Positions 27,436 through 37,867 of a stretch of DNA of 64,000 nucleotides are shown piece by piece (positions within the stretch are counted from its first letter, which is position 1; the number at the start of each line of letters is the position of its first letter). The DNA is taken from positions 352,001-416,000 of the forward strand of contig CAWECG010000004.1 of assembly GCA_963807605.1 (NCBI GenBank). The letters are read 5' to 3'. The stretch comes from Candidatus Bathyarchaeota archaeon (GTDB lineage Archaea; Thermoproteota; Bathyarchaeia; 40CM-2-53-6; RBG-13-38-9). The notes under the pieces are model-generated. The model was not told the DNA's origin. It saw only the letters and a list, made by a program, of their open reading frames with translations, and did no database searches. A program made the position numbers and the translations under genes.

Positions 27436-28821
27436 GTGTCAATGTTCAAAGATATGCCGGTTGATGTTGGAGTCATCTACGAAGGGGAACGCGTCAGAAA
27501 GGCCGATATGCAAGTTGAATTCGGCGGAACTGAAATACAAGACAAGTTCGAGCTAGTCAAGGCCAGGCAGTCAAATGATGTTGAAGACGGAAAGATCGTC
27601 ATTCTTGGCCCTGACATAAAGGAGCTAAGCCAAGGTTCAGGCTCGCCCCTAGGGATTTTGATCGAGGTTGCTGGAGAACAGATTGAACAAGACTTGGAAG
27701 GGGTAATTGAAAGGCGCATCCATTACTACTGTAACTACATCGAAGGCGTAATGCATCTGAACCAGAGATACGATATCTGGATAAGACTGAACAAGAAGTC
27801 ATTCGACAAAGGCTTCAACAGCTTCACTTTTCTTGGACAGATACTTATGCGTCTGTTCAAGAGTGAACTTCCCATCATCAAGAAGATACAGATGACATTC
27901 ACAACGGATCCCGAAAAAGTAAAAGAATTCAAGAAAGAAGCCCTGAAGGTATATGACGAAAGAGACGCCAAGGCAAGGGGACTTAAGGACGAAGAGGTTG
28001 ATTACTTCTACGGCTGCACTCTGTGCCAGTCTTTCGCTCCGAGCCACATTTGCGTAATAACGCCTCAAAGATACGCGAATTGTGGAGCCATAAGCTGGTT
28101 TGACGGGAGGGCAGCGGCAAAGGTCGACCCCAAAGGGCCCGTCTTCGCAATTGAAAGAGGCGATGTTGTAGATTCACTGAAGGGAGAGTTCTCAGGGGTT
28201 AATCGAGTTGCTAAGGATAAATCCCTTGGCGACGTAGAACGCGTCTACCTGTACTCAGCCTTTGGTTATCCGCATACCTCATGTGGATGTTTTGAGGCCA
28301 TTGCATTCTACATACCAGAGGTCGATGGATTCGGCATCGTCCACAGGGACTTTAAAGGCCCAACCATCAACGGGTTGCCCTTCTCAACGATGGCGGACTC
28401 AACGGCAGGTGGCAGGCAGATCGAGGGCTTTCACGGTATCTCGATAGAGTATATGAGATCGCCCAAGTTTCTCCAAGCTGATGGTGGATGGGAGAGAATT
28501 GTATGGGTGCCTTCAACAGTCAAGGAAAGGGTGAAGGCATTTATTCCCCAGGAACTCGAACAGAAGATTTTGACAGAGAAGGACGTCCAGAAACTTGAGG
28601 AACTAAGAGATTCTCTCAAGTCAAAGAATCACCCTGTTGTACAGAGATGGGTGGAGCCCCCGAAAGAAAAGCCGCCAGAACCCTCAACGAAACAACCAAG
28701 GAAGGGGGTCATCACTGCCGTTCCGACTGGCGTGCCCGGCGCTGGAGTCAAGATAATACTCAAAGGGGCAAAGATCACAGCGAAGAAGATGATCTTGAGG
28801 GTGTCCCGAGAGGGCGAATAG
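27436..28821 (+). CDS. cdhC: Acetyl-CoA decarbonylase/synthase beta subunit
   Basis: CTLCQSFAP.H.C, CGAISW, HTSCGCFE A-cluster ligands, GG.QIEGF.G. Confidence 0.96.
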   Translation: MSMFKDMPVDVGVIYEGERVRKADMQVEFGGTEIQDKFELVKARQSNDVEDGKIVILGPDIKELSQGSGSPLGILIEVAGEQIEQDLEGVIERRIHYYCNYIEGVMHLNQRYDIWIRLNKKSFDKGFNSFTFLGQILMRLFKSELPIIKKIQMTFTTDPEKVKEFKKEALKVYDERDAKARGLKDEEVDYFYGCTLCQSFAPSHICVITPQRYANCGAISWFDGRAAAKVDPKGPVFAIERGDVVDSLKGEFSGVNRVAKDKSLGDVERVYLYSAFGYPHTSCGCFEAIAFYIPEVDGFGIVHRDFKGPTINGLPFSTMADSTAGGRQIEGFHGISIEYMRSPKFLQADGGWERIVWVPSTVKERVKAFIPQELEQKILTEKDVQKLEELRDSLKSKNHPVVQRWVEPPKEKPPEPSTKQPRKGVITAVPTGVPGAGVKIILKGAKITAKKMILRVSREGE

Positions 28822-28823
28822 AC

Positions 28824-30075
28824 ATGGACAATAATGAAAGCAACCTGAAGAAGGCACTGGCAAAGATACCGCCCAATCTGATTGACCTACTGGGGAAATT
28901 TCAAGAGATTGAACTTCATGACGTGGAACTCAATGTGGATGAGCTAGAGCTGGTTCTGCCTCAGTTTTCTGCGCCCCTAACAGGGGTCACAGAGGAGGTT
29001 TTGACTCAGAGGCCGACTGAGCTTATCCGTGAGATTTTCACTGTCCCTTCTGTGAACTATACTACCCAGATAGTCGAGGTCAAACTAGGGGCCACAAAGG
29101 CTGAAGGGGGGAAGCCGTGATCGGTCACTTACAATAGGAGGAGAAACCACACCACCATTCCAGCTTCTCAACCAAACGATGAAGAACCCGCCAGTCATAT
29201 CCCTAGATGTATTCGACGCAAAGATCCCCCTTGCAAAACCCGTCAAGATGCACTTCTCAGATGTTCTAGAGGATCCAGCAGCATGGGCGAGACTTGCCGT
29301 TGAGAAGTTTGGCGCTGAAATGATAAACATTCACCTTACAAGTATCGACCCTATGGTCAAGGACACGTCACCCGAGGAAGCATCCAAGACCGTCGAGAAT
29401 ATCCTCCAAGCTGTCAAAGTCCCTGTTGCAATCGGAGGCTGTGGAGACGCACAAAAGGATCTTGAAGTCTTCACGCGAGTTGCCGAGATGGCGAAGGGCG
29501 AAAGGCTACTTTTCAATTCGGTTACATTAGATATGGATATCAAGAAAATGGCTGAAGCCATGAAGAATAATGGGCATGTTGTGATCGCCTTTACACCAAT
29601 GGACATGAACAAGGCCAGAGAACTTAACCGCAAACTCTTCGAGTTTCTGCCGAAAGACCAGATAATCATCGATACAACCACGGCAGCCCTCGGCTACGGC
29701 CTTGACTATGCGTTCACGACTATGCAGCGGTCAAGACTCGCCGGTTTGATGGGAGATACCGAGCTCGCGCAGCCGATGGCCTCTGGGACCACGAATGCCT
29801 GGGCTGCGCGTGAAGCCTGGATGAAGCTGCCTCCAGAATGGGGGCCGACAGAACTTAGAGGCCCGATATGGGAAACGATCACTGCCCTCACTCTCCTTCT
29901 AGCCGGAGTGGATTATTTCATGATGATGCACCCTGCGGCTGTCAAGACTCTCAAAGACACTATCCAATACATGACTGCTAGCGAGAAGTGGACTCCGTGG
30001 CCGCTTCATCGACAACACGACGTCAACCTGTCAACTTCCCAGGACTGGATTGGACTGCGAATTCGCGGTGACTAG
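28824..30075 (+). CDS. cdhD: ACDS delta subunit, interrupted by one extra G in a G6 run at 29106-29111
   Basis: ..LGATKAEG continues as GSRDRSLTIGGE in the next frame; LGYGLDY, NAWAAREAW, GPIWE, MMHP. Confidence 0.9.
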
Positions 30076-30076
30076 A

Positions 30077-31498
30077 ATGGCAAGGAAGAGACTCAGCCCA
30101 ATAGACGTTCAGCGACTTCTACCGATGACCAACTGTAAGGAGTGCGGAGAAGAGAACTGCATGGCATTTGCGACTAGGTTAGTTAATCGAGAAGCGAGCC
30201 TCAACCAATGCCCTCCAATTCTACAAGAGAAATACAAGCCCGCCTTCGAGAAGCTGTGGGAGATGCTCAAACCCCCGGTAAGAGAAGTGACCATAGGGGG
30301 GACCGGCCGTCAACTGAAGATCGGCGGCAAATACGTCCTATACCGACATGAATTCGCTTACCACAATCCGACAGCCGTCGCGATCGATATATCAGATGAG
30401 ATGCCCGAAGACGAGCTCTTGACCCGCATAGAAAAGGTTGGATCCTTCACATACAGATACATTGGACAGGATCTCAAGCTTGACGCGTTAGCGGTAAGAG
30501 GTGTCTCGGGCGATCCGAAGACTTTCGCGAAGATTGTGAAGACGATAGTTGCACGGACGGACTTACCGATTATCCTCTGCTCTAGGAATCCGGAAGTTGC
30601 TGAGGCCGGCTTGGCTGCCGCATCTGGAAGAAGGCCCTTGATCTACGCCGCGGACACAACCAACTGGAAGAATATGGCAGAACTTGCCTTGATGTATGAG
30701 AGCCCCGTCGTGGCTTCCACCTCAAATGGACTCGACGAACTTCGATCACTCGTCAAGACCCTCAAGGAATATGGAGTCGAGGACATCGCTCTTGATCCTG
30801 GAACATTCTCCGGAGAAGGCCTAGCAAATACGATATCGAATTTTAGCACACTGAGACTGGCTGCCTGCAAGTATGAAGATGAACTATTTGGTTACCCCAT
30901 AATCGGTATCCCTATGGTTGTCTGGATGAGTGAGAGCGAACTCCCTGAAATCGTGAAATGGCGCGAGTCCTACTTGACCTCACTCTTGATCACAAGGTAC
31001 TCAGACCTAGTTATACTTCACAGCTTGGAAGGATGGGTTCTCCTTCCAAACCTGATACTCAGAGAAAACCTTTACACGGATCCGCGCAAGCCTGTCGCTG
31101 TCGAGGCTGGAATCAAAGCGCTCGGTAAACCAGATATAAATTCGCCTATCCTGGTTACTACAAACTTCGCATTAACGTACTATACTGTGGTAACTGACAT
31201 CGAATCGTTTGGGCTTGATTGTTATCTGATGGTAGTCGACACCGAAGGACTTTCAGTAGAGAGCGCCGTTGCCGGAAGGAAACTAACAGCTGAGAAGATC
31301 TCTCAAGCACTGGAGCAACAAAAGGCAAAAGAGAAGGTAAGCCGCCAGGAACTAATTATTCCTGGAAGAGCTGCGAGGTTGAGCGGTGAGTTGGAGGAAC
31401 TCTCAGGTTGGAAGGTCCTAGTTGGACCACTAGACTCATCTGGAATCCAAAAGTTCATCCGCGAGAAATGGACCCCCCAACCGCAGACGAATCAGTAA
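30077..31498 (+). CDS. cdhE: ACDS gamma subunit (corrinoid Fe-S protein)
   Basis: LPMTNCKECGEENCMAFA..CP, YTDPRKP, TNFALTY; ATG at 30077. Confidence 0.96.
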   Translation: MARKRLSPIDVQRLLPMTNCKECGEENCMAFATRLVNREASLNQCPPILQEKYKPAFEKLWEMLKPPVREVTIGGTGRQLKIGGKYVLYRHEFAYHNPTAVAIDISDEMPEDELLTRIEKVGSFTYRYIGQDLKLDALAVRGVSGDPKTFAKIVKTIVARTDLPIILCSRNPEVAEAGLAAASGRRPLIYAADTTNWKNMAELALMYESPVVASTSNGLDELRSLVKTLKEYGVEDIALDPGTFSGEGLANTISNFSTLRLAACKYEDELFGYPIIGIPMVVWMSESELPEIVKWRESYLTSLLITRYSDLVILHSLEGWVLLPNLILRENLYTDPRKPVAVEAGIKALGKPDINSPILVTTNFALTYYTVVTDIESFGLDCYLMVVDTEGLSVESAVAGRKLTAEKISQALEQQKAKEKVSRQELIIPGRAARLSGELEELSGWKVLVGPLDSSGIQKFIREKWTPQPQTNQ

Positions 31499-31618
31499 CA
31501 TCTGATCATAAAGTAGCTCATTGTGAGTCAGGCAAGAAATTTAAATCTGAGCACTCTTGGATTGGAGCAACAAAACAGTCCAGGAACTCAATATTCAGAT
31601 TCTAACGAGAGGTCAGTA

Positions 31619-33118
31619 ATGCGGGAACTCATTCATAGCGGGATAATGACACCCAAATACGAGGCAAAAGTCCTAAGCATAATGGTAGAAGGAAAAAGGG
31701 TCCAGCTGACACCTGAACAGGAGGAGATGGCTGTTGCATTTGCCAAAAAATCGGGTACCGAATACGTCGAAGACAAGGTCTTCGTAAGGAACTTCTTAAA
31801 GGATTTCTCTAAAGCTCTGGGTCTAGAAGGCGATCTATCCCCAGAAGGAGTAGATTTCACCGATATTCTACGAATCATTGAACATGATAAAGAGGTCAAA
31901 CTCAATAAGAGCAAAGAGGAGAAAAAGAAAGAGGCGGAGGCTAGGAAAGCAATCCGAGAAGCAAACAAACAACAATTCGGCTTCGCGATCGTTGATGGAC
32001 AAAGGGTCGAAATAGCAAGCTACTTGGCTGAACCTTCTTGCATATTCATGGGTCGAGGTAAACACCCTCTACGAGGCAGATGGAAAAAGGGGCCCAAGGA
32101 ACATGATATAATTCTGAATCTATCTCCCGATGCGCCAAAACCGCCGGGAGACTGGAAGGAGATAGTCTGGGAACCAGACTACATGTGGGTAGCAAAGTGG
32201 GATGACAAGCTCCGTGGTGACGAGAAGTATGTCTGGCTAGCTGACACATCGACGGTCAAGCAGAACAGGGATAAGGACAAGTTTAACCAGGCAAAAGAAC
32301 TTGAGAAGACGATAGAGCACGTACGGCAACACATAATGGCAAATCTAAAGGGAGAAGACCTCAAGAAACGCAAAACTGCCACAGTCTGCTATCTTATAGA
32401 CGCCTTGAAGCTTCGTGTCGGAGATGAAAAGGATAGAGATGAAGCTGACACTGTCGGCGCGACGACCCTCAGGTCCAGCCACATCAAGATCGGCCCCGAT
32501 AACTTAGCAACTTTCGATTTTCTGGGCAAAGACTCTGTAAGATGGCACAAAGATATACAACTGCCTGAGGCAGTAGCAGAGAATCTCAAGGAGTTCGTAG
32601 ACAACAGCGGCTCATCGATATTCAAAGGGATTCGTTCTGACACTGTCGCACAATTCCTGAGCGAGGCGGTCCCAGGCCTCACAGCAAAGGTCTTTCGAAC
32701 GTACCATGCAACAACCACCGTTCGAGAGTATCTGAACCAAGAAGCTATCCAAAAGTCCGCACCAGATCATGTGAAGAAATACGCGGCAACCATGGCCAAC
32801 CTGCAAGCAGCAATCGTCTGCAACCACAAGAGAAAACTCCCGAAGAATTGGAAGAAGACCCTGCAGAGAAAAACAGAGAGACTGCACAAACTGAAGACTA
32901 CAAAGAAGAAGACAAGGAAGACTATGGAGAATATCGAAAAGGCCGACACAGAACTAAGAAAGACGAAGGTCACCCGAGACTATAACCTACAGACATCACT
33001 CAAGAGCTACATTGACCCTAGAGTCTACAGGGATTGGGGAAGAAAGGTCGAATTCGACTGGAAACAATACTATCCAAAGACGCTCCAGCGCAAGTTTTCC
33101 TGGATTGACAGCCAATAG
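31619..33118 (+). CDS. Eukaryote-like DNA topoisomerase IB
   Basis: EP..F.GRG.HP.RG, LRVGDEK, FLGKDS, KVFRTY, CNH, catalytic SYIDPR; ATG at 31619. Confidence 0.94.
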   Translation: MRELIHSGIMTPKYEAKVLSIMVEGKRVQLTPEQEEMAVAFAKKSGTEYVEDKVFVRNFLKDFSKALGLEGDLSPEGVDFTDILRIIEHDKEVKLNKSKEEKKKEAEARKAIREANKQQFGFAIVDGQRVEIASYLAEPSCIFMGRGKHPLRGRWKKGPKEHDIILNLSPDAPKPPGDWKEIVWEPDYMWVAKWDDKLRGDEKYVWLADTSTVKQNRDKDKFNQAKELEKTIEHVRQHIMANLKGEDLKKRKTATVCYLIDALKLRVGDEKDRDEADTVGATTLRSSHIKIGPDNLATFDFLGKDSVRWHKDIQLPEAVAENLKEFVDNSGSSIFKGIRSDTVAQFLSEAVPGLTAKVFRTYHATTTVREYLNQEAIQKSAPDHVKKYAATMANLQAAIVCNHKRKLPKNWKKTLQRKTERLHKLKTTKKKTRKTMENIEKADTELRKTKVTRDYNLQTSLKSYIDPRVYRDWGRKVEFDWKQYYPKTLQRKFSWIDSQ

Positions 33119-33191
33119 CGTCGCAATTACCTAGTAGAGTGGTGCGTATGCGAAAAGGGCGTAGACGACGTCCACGCATTCTTGGACAGAC

Positions 33192-34139
33192 TCAGACAAG
33201 GGATCGCCCGCAGCTTGGACAAAAAATCTCCTCGACCTGTTTAGATCCTCCACAAAACCTGCAAGTCACACCGAAAGCTCTTTCGAACATCTTTCTTTGA
33301 TTCAACTTTCTCACGATCTCCGAGTACTCGGCTGATTCAGCGAATTTCCTTACTGCTCTAAGCCTATCCAGATGATTGGGGTGACTCTGAAAAGCCTCGA
33401 GGATTGAGGAGAAACCCGTATCAGAGTTGATGATCTCATCCACACCTACTATCTTTGCAAACATTGCAGCTACTGATGTGAAGCTAGCTGCAGCTATCAG
33501 GCTCGCTTTGTCAGCACTGAATTCTGATTCCCTCTGCCAAGCCAATAGAGCCAACCTCAAAGGTATCGAGATCGAGCCCAAACCGAAAGCATATGTTGAA
33601 AATGCCATCCCTTGTGCCAGGACTTCTGCAGTCGAATGGTATACCAAGTGACGACTCTTAATATGGCCCATCTCATGACCTAGTAACGCACGCAACTCAT
33701 CGATTGAAAGGCGATCCACTAGGGATTGACCGATGAATACAGTGGCTTTGGAGTCAGTCCCGGTAGTAAACGCATTCTCATGACCAATATCACCTACATA
33801 TACCATCGGTAAGAAGTCCAAGCCAAGAGTATTCGCACAATCCGTTGCCACAGATTCAACTAAGGAATTAGGCCTTGAAGTCACATTTCTCCGAGACAAT
33901 TTTTCATTGAACCTTTTCAGCCGTGGCTCGACTATCATTGAATGTACCAAATGAAGAATTGGTCCTGTGGCTTTCAGAATTCCCAGAGCTCTCCTATCTC
34001 CGTCGGTAACAAAATCCTCAACGGACAAATCGTAGCTTGTGGCGGCTCGAAGGGCTGAACGACAACGTCCACAGAAAAGTGCTCCTTGGCAATTTTCGAG
34101 TCCGCATCGCCTGCAAGCAGTAGGCATCGAAATCACCAA
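33192..34139 (-). CDS. M48-family zinc metallopeptidase with terminal zinc ribbons
   Basis: NAFT.G, HEMGH, E.SAD, SHP...R; CxxC pairs at both ends. Confidence 0.88.
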   Translation of the reverse strand: MVISMPTACRRCGLENCQGALFCGRCRSALRAATSYDLSVEDFVTDGDRRALGILKATGPILHLVHSMIVEPRLKRFNEKLSRRNVTSRPNSLVESVATDCANTLGLDFLPMVYVGDIGHENAFTTGTDSKATVFIGQSLVDRLSIDELRALLGHEMGHIKSRHLVYHSTAEVLAQGMAFSTYAFGLGSISIPLRLALLAWQRESEFSADKASLIAAASFTSVAAMFAKIVGVDEIINSDTGFSSILEAFQSHPNHLDRLRAVRKFAESAEYSEIVRKLNQRKMFERAFGVTCRFCGGSKQVEEIFCPSCGRSLV

Positions 34140-34257
34140 CTACTAACCTCTCGTAAAAACGAGTTAGTAGGTGTTGTTAGCAGATCTTCAGGGCTCATAG
34201 ACAACGCAAATAATATCTATTCCCCTTGTTAAAGTTGAATCGGAAAGGCGTATTGAA

Positions 34258-35232
34258 ATGAGTAAACAGTTGAAGCTGACGTGGGACTATGGAAGCCCCC
34301 GCGAATACCTGAGGCTTCATGAGAGGTTTGAGATGCCCCCCGTTATCATAACTTGCGCTATCACTGGCGGATGGCAAGGAAAGGAAGCAAACCCAAACGT
34401 TCCAGAAACACCCGATGAACAGGCCAAATCAACTTTTGAGGCTTACGAGGCAGGTGCTTCGGTAGTTCACGTTCATGCGAGGGATCCCAAGAAAGGATAT
34501 GCTGATCCTGTAGGCTCTAAAGAGATCTACTATGACATCAACAAGAGGATAAGAGAGCTCTGCCCAGACATAATTATCAACAACACCACCGGCGGAGGAC
34601 CAACAATGACTGTTGAGGAAAGGCTTCAGTCGGCCTTTGCCAACCCTGAAATGTGCAGTCTGAACATGGGTACACTTTGTATGAAGGGTCTCTATAAGGC
34701 CCGAAAGCCGCCTCTCACAGGCAGAGACCAAGACGTAGCGGTCGAGTCCGTGTTCAAGAACACTTATACTGATACTGAGAGATTTGCGAAGGAGATGCTC
34801 GACCGCAACGTTAAGCCTGAGATGGAGACATTCGGTGACGGCAATTGGTACTTGATAGATAATCTGATAAGCAAACAATTGCTGAAGCCTCCGTACTGGG
34901 TCTGCTTGGTCCTCGGAATGGGCAGCTCCACACCCCCAACACCTTGGCATTTGATGAATCAGACTGCTTACGCTCCACCAAACACCATGTTCAATATCAT
35001 AGGGATAGGTGTTCATCAGGTTCCTTTGACAACCTTTGCTATGATCATGGGGATGCACGTTAGGGTCGGCATGGAAGACAATGTTTACTATGCAAGAGGC
35101 GTCAAAGCGAAGAGTAACGCGGAGCTCGTTGCAAGAGCAGTCAGAATAGCCAAAGAACTCAACAGACCAGTAGCCACCCCAACCGAAGCAAGACAGATGC
35201 TGGGGATCTCCAAGAACCCAACCAAGTATTGA
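34258..35232 (+). CDS. Beta-keto acid cleavage enzyme (BKACE/Kce, DUF849), copy 1
   Basis: IITCAITG, HVHAR, SLNMG, RVGMEDN, ATP.EAR..LG. Confidence 0.93.
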   Translation: MSKQLKLTWDYGSPREYLRLHERFEMPPVIITCAITGGWQGKEANPNVPETPDEQAKSTFEAYEAGASVVHVHARDPKKGYADPVGSKEIYYDINKRIRELCPDIIINNTTGGGPTMTVEERLQSAFANPEMCSLNMGTLCMKGLYKARKPPLTGRDQDVAVESVFKNTYTDTERFAKEMLDRNVKPEMETFGDGNWYLIDNLISKQLLKPPYWVCLVLGMGSSTPPTPWHLMNQTAYAPPNTMFNIIGIGVHQVPLTTFAMIMGMHVRVGMEDNVYYARGVKAKSNAELVARAVRIAKELNRPVATPTEARQMLGISKNPTKY

Positions 35233-35258
35233 GGAGTAAAACCTCCTTCTTTTTTCTT
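35231..35258 (+). terminator. Short hairpin plus T-tract after BKACE copy 1
   Basis: GAGG..CCTC followed by CTTCTTTTTTCTT. Confidence 0.5.
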
Positions 35259-35576
35259 GCTCTGCCAATGACTACAGACTAGGTCAACGAGGAGCCCGTT
35301 GAACCTTGTTGCTAGGGTGCATATGGCACCTGCTTTAATTTTCCAATATCGAGGGATACTTCTCGTAGAAGGACCACTTAATAGCGTACCTTTGCTTTGA
35401 TACAGCCGGATAGAGTCGACGAATCACCTTCATTCCTAACTCATTCAATGAATTCATCAAATCTGACAATTAATCCCTGAGAATTCCAAACAAACTGAGT
35501 GGTGTTCTTTTTCGATTTTTTTTTGGGTAAGCTTAATATGCCTTCTCTTTGTTGAAGGGAACCAAGGCGTATCGAT

Positions 35577-36551
35577 ATGAGTAAAACCTACAAACTGACA
35601 TGGGACTATTCAAGCCCCAGGGAATACCTCAGACTGCATGAGAAATTTGAGATGCCTCCCGTCATAATAACTTGTGCCATCACTGGAGGTTGGCAGGGTA
35701 AGGAAGCGAATCCAGGTCTTCCAGAGACGCCAGACGAGCAAGCAAAGTCAACCTTCGGGGCCTATGAGGCAGGCGCTTCGGTAGTTCACGTTCATGCGAG
35801 GGATCCCAAGAAAGGATATGCTGATGCTGTAGGCTCTAAAGAGATCTACTATGACATCAACAAGAGGATCAGAGAGCTCTGCCCAGACATAATCATCAAC
35901 AACACCACCGGCGGAGGACCCGGCATGAGCCTTGAGGAAAGGCTTCAGGCTGCCTATGCCAATCCTGAAATGTGTAGCCTGAATATGGGCACAATGGTTC
36001 AAAGGGGCCTGGTGAGAGCACGGACTGGTGCCCTCAAGGGCAGAGGAGAGGATCAAGTTGTCGAGACAGTCTTCAAGAACTCTTACACTGATACTGAGAG
36101 ATTTGCGAAGGAGATGCTCGACCGCAACGTTAAGCCCGAGATGGAGACATTTGCCGATGGTAACTGGTCGCTAATTGATAACCTGATAAGCAAACAGCTT
36201 CTCAAACAACCATACTGGGTCTGTCTCGTTCCCGGAATGCAGGGTGCCACACCTCCAACACCTTGGCACGTTATGAATCAGACCGCCTTTGCACCTCCTA
36301 ACACGATGTTCAACATCATAGGGATAGGTACCCACCAACTTCCTCTGACAACGTTTGCAATGATTATGGGATGGCACGTTAGGGTCGGCATGGAAGACAA
36401 TGTTTACTATGCAAGAGGCGTCAAAACGAAGAGTAACGCGGAGCTCGTTGCAAGAGCAGTCAGAATAGCCAAAGAACTCAACAGGCCAGTAGCCACCCCA
36501 ACCGAAGCAAGAGAGATGCTAGGGATCTCCAAAAACCCAACCAAGTATTGA
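35577..36551 (+). CDS. Beta-keto acid cleavage enzyme (BKACE/Kce, DUF849), copy 2
   Basis: Same motifs and length (324 aa) as copy 1, offset 1319 bp. Confidence 0.93.
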   Translation: MSKTYKLTWDYSSPREYLRLHEKFEMPPVIITCAITGGWQGKEANPGLPETPDEQAKSTFGAYEAGASVVHVHARDPKKGYADAVGSKEIYYDINKRIRELCPDIIINNTTGGGPGMSLEERLQAAYANPEMCSLNMGTMVQRGLVRARTGALKGRGEDQVVETVFKNSYTDTERFAKEMLDRNVKPEMETFADGNWSLIDNLISKQLLKQPYWVCLVPGMQGATPPTPWHVMNQTAFAPPNTMFNIIGIGTHQLPLTTFAMIMGWHVRVGMEDNVYYARGVKTKSNAELVARAVRIAKELNRPVATPTEAREMLGISKNPTKY

Positions 36552-36582
36552 GGGATCTCAATCCCTCCATTTTTTTGTTTTT
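36550..36582 (+). terminator. Hairpin plus T-tract terminator after BKACE copy 2
   Basis: GAGGGAT-ctca-ATCCCTC followed by T7GT5. Confidence 0.65.
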
Positions 36583-36676
36583 GTTATTGGCACGACATTA
36601 GATAGGCATGCGCAGTTGGAAACCACGCGTGCAGGCAATCGCTCGTCACGAGAATTCTAGCGACAGACTAAGATCA

Positions 36677-37444
36677 TCACTGTTCTAGAGAGATGGCTGT
36701 CTTAAGCCAACTTATAGTCTTCCCTACAACCATCCTATGTTTTCCCGAGAAGATATGATCCCCCCCATTCACGACAACAATTTCCTTCGGCTCTTCAGCT
36801 CTGGAAAAGAGTTTGGTTGAACAGCTAATCGGTATAATGTCATCTTTGTCTCCATGTATCAACAAGAAAGGTCGTGGCGAAATTCTGTTTACGCAGTAGA
36901 TTGGGTCATAATGCTCGGCAATAGCCTTCCATTCTTTAAGAGCGTTGGTCATCCCCAACCCTGAAACAAATGGCAATCCTCTAGCCAAAATGGTCTTACT
37001 GTGAAGACCAGTAATGTCTTCCTTGAGGCTGGCAACCGGGCATAACGCTGCCACGGCCTTGAGACTGTTGTTCTGTGCAGCGGTTTGGATCGCCGCGAGT
37101 CCGCCAAAGCTGTGGCCTACAGTAGCAAGTCTGCTTGCATCGACGTCTTTCCTTTGAGCCAACACCGCTAGAGCCTCTTGCGCGTCTTTCAGAGCACCTA
37201 GGAAGCTATACCGTCCGCCGCTTCCCCAACATCCCCTGTAGTGGAAGATCATAGGAGCAAAACCCTCTTGGCAAAGTGATGAGGAAAGATCATACAGTAT
37301 CGGCGCCACGCCGGGGAACCCGTGCAGGATTAGAACTCCTAGAGGGAGCACCTTCGTCTCTGCCGGGATTAGGAGTGTTCCGATCAGTTTCTGGGACTGG
37401 CTTCTGAAGACGAGTCTCTCAAGCTTGTAGGGTCTTTCTTCCAT
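36677..37444 (-). CDS. Alpha/beta hydrolase
   Basis: HGFPG, GHSFGG nucleophile elbow, HGDKDD, DH. Confidence 0.9.
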   Translation of the reverse strand: MEERPYKLERLVFRSQSQKLIGTLLIPAETKVLPLGVLILHGFPGVAPILYDLSSSLCQEGFAPMIFHYRGCWGSGGRYSFLGALKDAQEALAVLAQRKDVDASRLATVGHSFGGLAAIQTAAQNNSLKAVAALCPVASLKEDITGLHSKTILARGLPFVSGLGMTNALKEWKAIAEHYDPIYCVNRISPRPFLLIHGDKDDIIPISCSTKLFSRAEEPKEIVVVNGGDHIFSGKHRMVVGKTISWLKTAISLEQ

Positions 37445-37584
37445 GAATATCTAACCTACCGTGAGTAGAGACAACTGACTCATACATTTGAAGGAGCTAC
37501 TTAATGACACTGCAGTGGCACACTAAACCTAAATGTCTTTAGCCGACATCGACATGCAAAGCATTCTGATGGGGTTCTTGAGAG

Positions 37585-37803
37585 ATGGGGTTTTGGGAAA
37601 ACGTATTCTTCAGTCCACAATTCGTCGTGATGTGTGTTTCTTTGGGATTTGTCATCCTATTGCTTGATGAACTTGGGTTCAGAGAGCATACAAAGGCGAG
37701 AGACTACGTCAGGGCAGCGCTGGTCATAATCGGGCTCGGGGTCTCAACTACAATATGGCTCTATCTTCTCTCAGTCAGCTTGGGCAATTTCAATCAGGAG
37801 TAG
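37585..37803 (+). CDS. Small two-helix membrane protein
   Basis: 72-aa ORF with two hydrophobic stretches filling a gap between genes. Confidence 0.5.
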   Translation: MGFWENVFFSPQFVVMCVSLGFVILLLDELGFREHTKARDYVRAALVIIGLGVSTTIWLYLLSVSLGNFNQE

Positions 37804-37867
37804 GGCAACATGGTTTTTATCCAAGAATGCGAGAGAGAATACCAATGCGTCAAAAAGGTAGACTGAG

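Noticed and set aside
10532-31498. Methanogenesis or methane oxidation
   Set aside because: No mcr or mtr genes in the window; the genes fit a Wood-Ljungdahl/C1 pathway
31619-33118. Topoisomerase IB as a novelty or eukaryotic contamination
   Set aside because: Already known in Thaum-, Aig- and Bathyarchaeota; the context is archaeal
34429-35268. 279-aa minus-strand ORF
   Set aside because: Antisense to BKACE copy 1 and broken in copy 2
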